Positions 37,901-47,896 of a stretch of 64,000 bases of DNA are shown in pieces (position 1 is the stretch's first letter; each line of letters begins with the position of its first letter). This stretch comes from Cenococcum geophilum. Taxonomy: Eukaryota. The translations under genes were made by a program, and so were the position numbers. The DNA lies in the NCBI GenBank assembly GCA_050273025.1, contig CP158636.1, positions 9,982,001 to 10,046,000 of the forward strand, in the 5' to 3' direction. Under the pieces are notes generated by a model. It had not been told where the DNA came from. It worked only from the letters and a program-made list of their open reading frames with translations, and ran no database searches.

Positions 37901-40851
37901 CTTCTTAACCTTTTTTTAAGCCGTATGTTTTCTAAGGGATATATTAGCTAGGAACGCATAGGATACTCTTTAATTATACTAGATTAATGTCTACCTAGGA
38001 CCCCCTAACTAAGTTATTTATAATACAAAAAGGAACTTCTTATTTATAGAGTTTCGGTAATAAGCAAAGGTAATAGCAATTAAGGTTAAGGAAGTCCCTA
38101 TTAAGGCATATAATAGCGTTAGAAAAGTAGAACAATACTATATGCTATTGCGCTAAGCATATAAGATTATTTCTTTAAAACTAGAGGATACTAGTAAAGA
38201 GCTTATCTTACAGATGGCTGTTAAGGCTATTAATAATTCCGCTAGTCCAGATGGACTTATACCCATATTACTAGTCTTTAGCGCTTACCCTTAAATAACT
38301 AATAATTCTCTACTATCTCCCTCTATTGTGTAATAAGCTAAGGCTATTTATAAGGCAACGAAAAAGGTGCGATGTATCTATGCCACGCGCTAGGTTAACA
38401 ACGCACTAGGAATAAGAAATAGCCTAAACACCTTAACTATACTTAATTTGCCTCTCTAATCTAAAGTATAGGTATGGCGTAAGAAGGGAGGATGGTTAGG
38501 GCCACATAAACTTATTATAAGCGATGGTTAAACTTATACTCTTTAAATACCCTATAGACCCACTTAATTCCGTTTAACCGTTATTAAGCCCTATTATAGA
38601 AATAATAGTTATAAGCCTTTATAGGATACCCTAGAGGATTCCCCAGAGGATGCCCTAGAGGATACCCTAGAGGAGAACTATAATTAACGTGCTCTAGAAA
38701 AAGACCATAATTCTAATATAATTGCAGCAGATATACCGCAACTACAATACAGTAGAGGTCGCCCGAAAGAATTACGAAATTGCCAACACCTTATTAATTT
38801 TAAAGAGTAATTTGTTACCGCTATTAAGAGTAGAGATAAGTTATTAATAGCCTTTATAATAGCTAAAGAGAAGGCTAACTTTAAGCTCGCAAAATAGCTC
38901 TAAAAGGAAGGCCGTATTATAACCCTAGGAGCTCCTTTTTAAGTATCTAATAAACAAGAGATTAACGGTCTTATTTTAAGAGGAGTCTTTAAATTTAAGA
39001 AGTATAACCCTACTAAGTTTAATAGAGTTCGCATCTTTAAGTTAAGAATAGTTAATAAGATTAAGGGCAAAGCTACTAACGCCCTATTTAAGAAATTAAG
39101 GCTTGTCATCTAAGGTTACAACAATAATAGTAAGGAGGTAATCCTTACGCAATTCCCTATAATTTAACGAGCTAGTTAGCGAGTTATTGTTACACTAGCT
39201 CCCTCCTTAATAAAGAACGGAATAGCAGTTTATTTATAAGATATTACTTAAGCCTACACCTAATTAGAGACGCACCTTTAGCGCTTAATATTGGCATATT
39301 TTCTAGAATAAATTCGCCATTAATATCCCAAAGATATAATTATAGTTATTCTTAAGCTATTATACGGAATCGCAGAGGTAGGAACCTATTAGTAGGCTAC
39401 CTATAGTAAGCACCATAAGGAGAAGCTTTTAATAACTACTTCTATATTTAATCCCTACTTCCTTATTATAACTACGGGAACCCTATTTAGAATCGTCAGT
39501 ATATAAACCAATAATATAATTATCTTAGGAGATAACTAATTCTTAGCTCTTAAAGAAGATAAGCTAGTAAAGGCAAATCTTATAGCAAAGCCAAAGGAAA
39601 AACTTAGTTTAATAACACCATTACTCTTTAATAGATACATCCTCTCCCTAAATAAGGATTCTATTACTTTACGCCAGAAGGGTTAAGGTAAGAAGATTAA
39701 CGTTATTAACGTTAATTCTCTAAAGCAAGGATATGTAGAGTAACGCGCTTACGGAGCTTATATTGCTTCTATCTATTAACCTAAGGCTTCCTTTAATCTC
39801 TTTATTGCCGCTTAACACTAGGAACTAACTAAGGATAACATTCTTACCCTAAATAAGCGTCTTTTCTAGCAAATAAACCATTTTGATTAAGGATTACTCT
39901 ATATACCTATTAATCTTCCCACTACTAAGCTCTTCGTGTTTGTTAATAGGTCGTTTATAAATAATAAAGATTTTAGCTCCTAGCTAGGATATAAGATTAT
40001 TATCGCGAATAAATCTACCAAAGAGAATAACTTCACGATCTACGGCAATCTTATCTATTAAAGCTTAACTAAGAGTAAGCGCGTTACTTAAAGCGTTCTA
40101 GCGTTAGAGATATATAAAATAGTCGGCGGAGTTAATATGGTAATTATAATTGGAACTACCTTAAAGATAATTATAGATTAACTTAAACTTCCTGTTATCC
40201 CTATAATCGTATATACCAACTTATATTCCCTCTATAAGTATTTAGTTAAGCTTAATACTATAAAAAAGAAGCGCCTTATAATTAATATTATAGCATTATA
40301 GCAATCTTATAAGCGTTAAAAACTCTTTAAAATTCAATAGATCAATGGCCAAGATAACTTAGTAGATGTAATAATGAAGGCAAACCCAAACAAGGCGCTA
40401 GAGACGTTTATTAATATAAATACTCTATATATACAAGTTAAAGGTTAGGTTAAGAGGGAGTAGAAGATGCGGTAAAGGCCGCTAAGGCGCTAGTAGTAAG
40501 TAAGCTAATAGCGATTTTCTATACCGGGCATGGAAAATTGTAATTGGCTAGCAGAAGTCCGGGTTAGCAGAATAAGGCGTGTTACCTACTAAAGTCTGCT
40601 ATATTCTACCTACTGTTGTATTATTATATACAGTCTATTTGTATATAGATAGCAACTATAAAAAGAAGAGTTGCTAGTATTGGGAATAAGGCAATTTGCC
40701 CTTATGTGCGGCAAATTGCCGTCACGTGCCGTTGTGGCACTAGCGTAGTGAGGAACCTTAAGTTCCTTACCCTCCCCTATCTAATATAATAAGCTTTTCC
40801 ATCACTGTATCTACTTAAGTAATATTGGTGATTTGCCCTGTGTTTCCAATA
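34911..40851 (+). mobile_element. Full-length Copia-type element family E copy 1 (RT motif QTDD instead of YVDD), RIP-mutated
   Basis: LTRs 34911-35104 and 40678-40851; TSD ACTAC (34906-10, 40852-56); order protease (MPDTGA-like), integrase, RT (KSRLVIQGY), RNase H. Confidence 0.92.
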
Positions 40852-43800
40852 ACTACCTTAGTAGCTGTACCTGCAATTGATATCTCTTTTTACTTAAGAA
40901 TTTCTTGTCTTTTTTCTTCGTTCTCTATAGTAAAAACTATAGAGCCAAATCTAGTCTATAAATTATGTCTTTTTCGCTAGATAAGATCTATCTAGGTAGT
41001 CCTTATATCCTTATAGGATTAAAGGTCTTAATTTCTTCTTTTAGAAGCTTAGAGCCTCCTTCTTTTAGGAAAGGTAGAGTAGGAACCCTATAGGCTATAA
41101 TTTAAACCCATAGTTCTAGTTTTTGTTCTCTTTAAAAGGTAAAGCAGTTATGCTAGATCTCCTTATATTTGACTAGGAAATCCACATTATACTCTTCTAT
41201 AGTCATAAGGAGAATATTTTGTTTTCCTTTAGTTCTAGCTATAGACGCTAGTACTAGCTTTTTTACTTACAGTTTTAATGCAAATAGTTAATTGACTTTA
41301 TTTTGTATAGAGAATGTATCTAAGAATTAGTCCTTTTCGTCTATAATTAGGACTAGCTTCTTTTCTTATAGCTGCTTTTTCTTACTTCTAGTAGAAGTAG
41401 AGGGAGTAGGAGACGGTAGTGACGAGGGTAAAGAGGACGAAGTAAGGAGGTCCTTCTTTAGCCTCTTAGCGTAGGTTTCTTTAGTAGGGGCTACCTCCTT
41501 ACGGAGAGCTCTTACTTCTTTAACTAGTCCTTTTAGGACATCTTTTTCTATTTCTTCTTTTGTAAAGGGATCTTCTCTTACTAAGATACTCTGTATATAG
41601 TTCCCTATCTTTCTAACTTTTTCTTTTTCTTTTTCTTCTTTTAGCCTTTTATAGGCCTAGAGTAGGCTTTCTAAAGCCTTTTATAGGTGTTGTTCTGGAG
41701 AGAGGGGAGGAAAAGGTATACTAGGTATCCTATCCATAGTAGTTATTAGTTTTATTGTCTTTTTTGCAGGTTTTTAGTTTTCTTTTTTAGGAGAAGACTA
41801 AGGATGCCCTCTTTTTTCTCTTGTCCTAAATAGGCTAAGAGAAGAAGAAGGGAGAGAAAAAGTAGATATAGGCTCTTCATCACTTATTTCTATAGGAGGT
41901 TTTTTTTTAGACCTATTAGGCCTTAGCATTTTGTATCTTATATAGGGGTTCCTAGTTTTTACTATCCTTATACCCTTTCTCCTTACTAATCCTACTAGAA
42001 GATTTCTGGGGAGATTAGGCTAAAAGGTAGTAGAAAATCTAGCCTCTATATTTTGTAGTTTTAGTATTTAGTTTTAGTGTTCCTATCCATGCCTCGCTTA
42101 TAAGCTAGGACCACCCCTAAGAAGAATTTTCTGTTAGGGGAAAGGGGGTAAAACGACAAATAAATCCACCTCTAGCTCGCTAGGCAGTAGGAATTAAGTC
42201 TTAAAAGTTAGAAAATCGATTGTTTTTGATGGTAAGATAGGTATGCGTAAGTTTTAAAGTGTGGCGCTACCTTTTGGTAAGGTTGCATGTGCGGTAAAGG
42301 TCAAGCTTAGACTTTGCTACCTATACATAGATTATAGTATATTCGCCACTAGCAAAGGATAGAAAGGTTTAATTATTTCTGCCTATATTAATAATACTAA
42401 GATTATCTATAAAGATATAGCAGTAGTTAATTAGGCGAAAGTAGAGCTTAAAGCGGCCTTTTAAATAATAGATCTTAGTCTAATAAGCTTTTACTTAGGT
42501 ATAATAGTTATAAGAGATCGAATAAAGAAGAAGATTATATTTTTATAGCGAGCCTACCTTATTAAATCTTTTAAACGCTTTAGATTATAAAAGGCTAATA
42601 CCTTACTAGTACCTATAAAGTACTTAATTAAGCTAGTAGCTAATTAAGAAACTACTAATAAGAACAACGTTAGAAAATACTAGAGTATAGTTAGTTTAGT
42701 TATATTTCCTATAATAGAAATAAGGCTAGATATTGCCTTTACGGTATTAACGGTAAGCCGTTTTGCTTATAATCCTACCTTTACCCATATAACGGCCATA
42801 AGGCTTATCCTTTAATACTTAGCCGGCTTACTTAATAGAGGAATTACTTATAAAGGCGATAAGGACCTAGACCTTATACTAATTGGCTTTAGTAACGCTA
42901 ACTAGGGATAAGATAAAACTATAAGACGCTCTATATTAGGCTTTATATTTATATTAAACAGAGGACTAATTTTATAGAAATTAAAGCTATAAGCTACCGT
43001 TTTGCTATTAATATGCTAATTAGAGTACACGGCTCTAACGGCTGCAGTAAAAGAGGCTATGTAGCTTTAACTTTTACTTACTAAACTAGGCGTACTAGAC
43101 TAGAACAAATAGTTTACTAGAATCTTAATTAAAACTAATAACTAAGCTGCGAAGGCGTTGGCCGAAAATCTGGTTTAATATAATTAAATAAAGTATATCA
43201 ATATCTAGTTTTACTACGTAAGAGATAAGATAAACAGTAGTAGGATTAACCTTATATACGTTACTTTAATTAATATAGCGGCCGACGGCCTTACTAAGCC
43301 TCTTATAGGTCCTTAGTTCTACGCCTTTTTTAAATACTTTCGGATGGTGTAGAGACTTAATTAACTACACTAGGCCTTATTAGGAAATTAGTACACAACT
43401 AGTAAATCCTTAGAGAGTGCGCTAAATAACGCCTTAAGGCCTTAAAACAAGCGATAGAACTTAACCTTAATCTACTAACCTACTACCTAAACCTACTATC
43501 TAAACCTATAATCCGAATCTAACGGCACGATATTACGAAGGACCTATACCGGTAGGAAGGGTAAATATACTTTAGGAGAGATATAGGGTAAGGCTATAGG
43601 GCCTTAAGAGTTTTATAGGCAATATAGAATACCTATAGGGAGGTGCTGCTAAAAAGTTAAGGGGTGTTTTATAGAATACTTGTTCCACCTTAAAGGAGCT
43701 TTAGTAACCCTAATTAAGCAATCCTACGCCCCTATATATAGTGTATATAGCGGTATCGTTAACTAAACTTAAGGGGGGGTGTTGGAAAATAAGCTCGCAA

Positions 43801-44138
43801 CGATATTACGTGATAAGACTTGTGGAGAAAGCTCTTGGTAGGAATCTAATTAATTAGATAACTTTAACCGGCGGTTAAAGTTCCTTAAAATCTCTTTAAC
43901 TACCTATATAGAAAATAAGCAATATACAGAGTTTTAGCTCTATAACCTTAATTTAATATTACTATCTTATAAAATCTTTTTACTGCTCACAACGTCTTAA
44001 CTACTACTACCCCCCTACCTATACCTATGCGACGTCTTTACGTTAGTTCTACTAAATCTAAAGACTAGTAGGTTCGTAAGCTAGGCCACCTTATATAGGT
44101 ATAGAGTCCAATTTTAACGGCCCTGTAATTTTATATAA

Positions 44139-44509
44139 GAGACCCTCTTTATTAGGAAGGGGGTTCTGCTGAGCCAGGAGATATTTCCTGGATTGAATGG
44201 AACCCAGACGGATGAGGAAATACTCTCTGTGATTAAAGCTTCGGGTCGTTGTCACATGGTGCAGGGACATGTAGGATGGGGAAAGCCGGGGATGCCATGG
44301 CGGTAGTGGATTCGAGGGCCCGGGTGTTTGGTGTGAAAGGCTTGAGAGTGGTGGGCGTTAGCGTATTTGCACTGTTGCCACCAGGAAATCCGCAGAGCAC
44401 GATTTGTATGTGATATGTACCACGCACTGGTCTGGAGTTTTGAGGCGGGAGCTAACGAGTAATAGATGCCCTTGCGGAGAAGATCGCTGACGATATTAAG
44501 AAAAGCTAA
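44139..44509 (+). pseudogene. 3' remnant of a GMC oxidoreductase gene
   Basis: EIFPGLNGTQTDEEIL, a frameshift near 44250, then HGAGTCRMGKAGDAMAVVDSRARVFGVKGLRVV...LPPGNPQSTI, intron 44406-44465 (GTATGT..GCTAAC..TAG), YALAEKIADDIKKS*. The 5' part is replaced by RIP-mutated repeats. Confidence 0.88.
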
Positions 44510-45631
44510 CGTGATGATGGGGTTGGAAGAGTTGCTTTGCTTCATATCAAGCACTGCACAAGTTTGGTGAATTAATGCCAGAATAATATTGCAGATATAA
44601 TAGTGAAGTACTGGTTAAGCCGACTTTGATCTGAGGAGCTTGTCCTATTGCATTATTATAAATATAGATATAACATTAAAGATTATAATATGTTCTTCAG
44701 ACTCAAAGAGAAGACGGTTTGATGGTAATCGATATATCGAGAAGTAGGAGTGAACAAGAAAATTACGCGGGGATACTATAAACTTTGCTGCCTGAGGATG
44801 AAATGCCGTCCAACCTGTAATCTGGTTTTGAAACACGCCAAATCAATGCCAATAGGAGTATGGCAGCTCAGAGATTATACCATGCTGCCCCGACCGTTGC
44901 GGCACTACCGAGAGGTTGCACTAGTGTGATCTTCGTTTATTCTGAGTTGAGAATAATTAATTCGTGGTAGATTGAATTTCATGATTTGGTGGCTATACGT
45001 TTGAAATAGCAGTATCGAATGACGAACGGCCTTTGGGATATGGTTAAAAGCAGGAGAAGGTTTGAGAGTACTGCGTTACTGCTGACAGTCGCCATTCGGA
45101 TTCCTTGCGAGTAACTGAGGTCTGTACCAGCACTATAGATATTACTAGATGGATCGGTGTTGTGTTAACGCTGTCCGGGAAGTTTACTGCAACATCAGAT
45201 GTCTTCTCCAAATCAATACTCCCATAGAACAGTAATCCTATTCTGCCGGAGAGAAATCATACTAGAGATTTTTGAAACTGGTTGTGAGAAGTAAACGCAC
45301 GCCCTTCGTATGTTGAGTAGAGTCGCGTGAACCGATTATATCCCCACCTGCTTTCGCGAATACGTGTTTATCGCGCTCGTCGATAGAGCGTTGAAGCCAG
45401 ATCAAAGCCTAAACCAGAAGTCGCGGCCAGAGTGGGCTACGGGCGCTGAAGATAATATCTTGGTTTGGTGGTTGAGTGATATTGTAGGACAGCCTTCGAT
45501 CTCATGCAAGCGTCAGGGCCCCTGTTGTTGGGTCCGGGCTTACAGCTCGGCAAGGTCACGGAAAACCTCGGCAAGGTCACAAAGTTGAACGGGGTCAGAA
45601 CCTTTCAGACCACGCTTAACTTCTGACCCTG

Positions 45632-46108
45632 CTGAGCTTTATGCATATGCAGTGCATATATAAAAAAATTTTATTTATTTTATAGAATTTAAAGTATTTA
45701 ATAAATAAAAATTATAAGTTATGCGTGGCATATGTGGGGCATATGCTATAACAAAATTAATAATTTAAGTTATTAAAATATCCCTGTATATATAGTGTAT
45801 AGACTTAGCATATACTACGTATATGCTAAGTCTACACACTATATTAAATTTATCTTTATTTTTAAGATTTTACTCCCTTATATACTATCTTTTAAAGTAT
45901 TGCCTTTGTATTCTATATAAGATAGGCTATTTAATAGCATCTACTTAGTATATGCTAAGCTTATACTAAGTATATGCGTAACATATGCTTAGTATACGCT
46001 CAGCATATACTAAGTAGATGCCGCCAATATATCACTAATAAGCCATTTAAATATTTTCATAGGGTGCATATATATGCTGAGCATATGCATTGCATATTCA
46101 ATGTATCA
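45632..46108. mobile_element. AT-rich RIP-mutated relic, probably a small non-autonomous DNA element
   Basis: Abrupt AT-rich block with imperfect inverted ends (atatgcagtgcatat / atatgcattgcatat) and repeated AGCATATGCT-type motifs; no TSD identified. Confidence 0.5.
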
Positions 46109-46484
46109 GTCACTACGGTAAATTGTGGCTGCTGATGCGCGTTCTGTATGGCTAAAAGTGTGGCCCCGCCGACCTTTTCCCGGCGCTCCATCGGTGACCC
46201 CGTTCAACTTTCGCCGACCCCCATCGGTGACCCTGTTCAACTTTTCCGTGACCCTGCTCAGCTGCACCCCGGTTGGGTCCTCCACCCGCCCTGGAAGTCT
46301 CATCTCATCCGCCACTCCGCACCACTCCGCAATCTCAGCGTAAGCGCACAACGATTCACGCCAATATGACTGCTACAATCATCTTGTTTCCCTCCAAAGT
46401 GCAAATACTGCTCTCCTCCCTGTTAACTAATCGGCGTCCCCTCATACCTCTTGTTCCTCGCCTTTCAGTCCGACCGTCGCTAAC

Positions 46485-47709
46485 ATGACTTCAGCCAAGG
46501 TAGCATTACTTCCTTCCCCCATTGCGTGTCACTGGCTTATAGATATAGTCTACAGATACGCAAGAGGCATATCTATATCTTCCAAAGACATACATTGCTC
46601 CAATAAATCCCACACCATCGTCTAACTCGCCGATTCCTAGCGCTCGCACCTCCATCCTGTCCCGCTTCGAAAACTTCCAGGGCAGGCCAATCTACCGTGT
46701 TCGTATCGTATATGAATCGGGTACAGCTGCCAAAAACTCAGATCGCACCGAAGTGGAGGAGGATAGAGGGGTAACTGTAGAAGAAGTCGACCTCTCAGCC
46801 ATCTTGGAATACGTATCCCCGTTGGAGCTCGAACGATTCGAGAACGCCGAATTTAAGCGCGAGAAAGAGGAAAAAATTCGCACCGAGGCGCAGAAGGCAG
46901 AGAAGAAAACGATCGGGAGAAGGAGACCACTAAAGACTCCAGCTGCAACTATCAGGCCGATAGTTCAGGTAGTTATTACACGCAAGCCACCTATCCAGAC
47001 TCATGACAATGATGAAGGGGAAAATGAATCTGCGGAAGATACTGGAGCAAGCCATATACATCGCTCAGTGGAGCAAGGTCTAAACAGTGTGACGGACAGC
47101 GAAGCCGATACTGGCGATGACGAAGACGAGCTGTCTCTGCCCTCATCAGGCATTAAAATGTCAACGTTTATGACCACCAGTGCACTCCCTTTCAAGTCAC
47201 CTTCGAAACACAGCAGGGAAGTCCGTGCCATCAAATCTACTTCCTCTTCAACATCAATTTCAAACCCAGCGCAACAGCTACGCGCAGAAAGCGGCTTCCT
47301 CGATTACCCCCGAAGGGCCGCATCTTCAGCTTCCATTGAATTACCGCCAAAATCCGACCACCATCAAACCAAGAGGTTACGAATGTCCAAATCCTCCTCC
47401 TTCACATCCGAACCCTCCCTTAGTCGTGCGACCAGCCATAACCGGCTTGAACACTCCCACAAAAACAATACTAAAGAAAAGGATCGTATAAAACACACCA
47501 CGGGAGATCCGCCGGCCTCAGATGCTGAGAATTTGGAAGTCGAGTATGAAGTAGAGGCCATCATACAACACCAGGATCTTGACGGAGTGAGATATTACCT
47601 CGTCAAATGGGTGGGAGAAGAGGAGGCGCAGGATTGGCTTACTGGGGAAGACCTTCAAGGAGCTTCGGATCTAGTTGATGAGTATAATAACCATATAGGG
47701 GATGACTGA
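46485..47709 (+). CDS. Chromodomain-containing protein (~391 aa; exons 46485-46499 and 46549-47709)
   Basis: Frame is open from 46549 to TGA 47709. C-terminal EYEVEAIIQHQ...YYLVKWVG...DWL...L chromodomain; N-terminal ILEYVSPLELERFEN block. The first exon is inferred from a 49-nt GT..AG intron and is less certain. Confidence 0.85.
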
Positions 47710-47896
47710 AGAAAGTTCCACAGGCTTTTTATGAACAGAGCCTAATTTTAAGGGTTGTGTACTACAATAATCACGTTCTCCAACTAGAGGCAAAGGGGAA
47801 CCCAAAAGTTTGTTTCGTGGGATGGAGCACTATGTATCTCTACAATATCCTCCATATAGCTTCATATCCTAACACTCCCGTGCAAGATTGCTGGCC

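Larger units (their letters stand above)
32249..42302 (-). mobile_element. Non-LTR retroelement carrying only a LINE ORF1 (gag-like) remnant; ~2.1 kb after removing two nested inserts
   Basis: 13-bp TSD AAGCTTAGACTTT (32236-48, 42303-15); poly(A)-like tail at 32249-32264. Zinc knuckles after de-RIP: QCTSCQKFGHxGDRC, CRFCTAxHxSKDH, CINCKENHFxNSKDCEVLKA. No RT segment. Confidence 0.82.
28651..43958 (+). mobile_element. Ty1/Copia family F, heavily RIP-mutated, host of nested insertions
   Basis: The 5' LTR remnant 28651-28686 matches the end of the 3' LTR 43780-43958 and is followed by GGTTATAAGCC. Integrase (xENGVxER ~30820), RT (RYKARWVVKGY ~31920, KALYxLKQSP ~32170) and RNase H (ADGLTKP ~43280). 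The RT is split at 32248/42303. Confidence 0.9.

Noticed and set aside
1..43958. Alternative genetic code or stop-codon readthrough to explain in-frame TAA/TAG
   Set aside because: The stops fall at CAA/CAG/TGG positions and differ between copies, as expected from RIP; host genes use the standard code.
43959..44138. Possible additional LTR fragment next to the GMC remnant
   Set aside because: RIP-like composition, but no second copy or clear termini, so it was left uncalled.
46753..47709. HP1/Swi6 assignment, or a TE-derived chromodomain
   Set aside because: The domain layout differs from HP1, and there is no integrase context or RIP signature.
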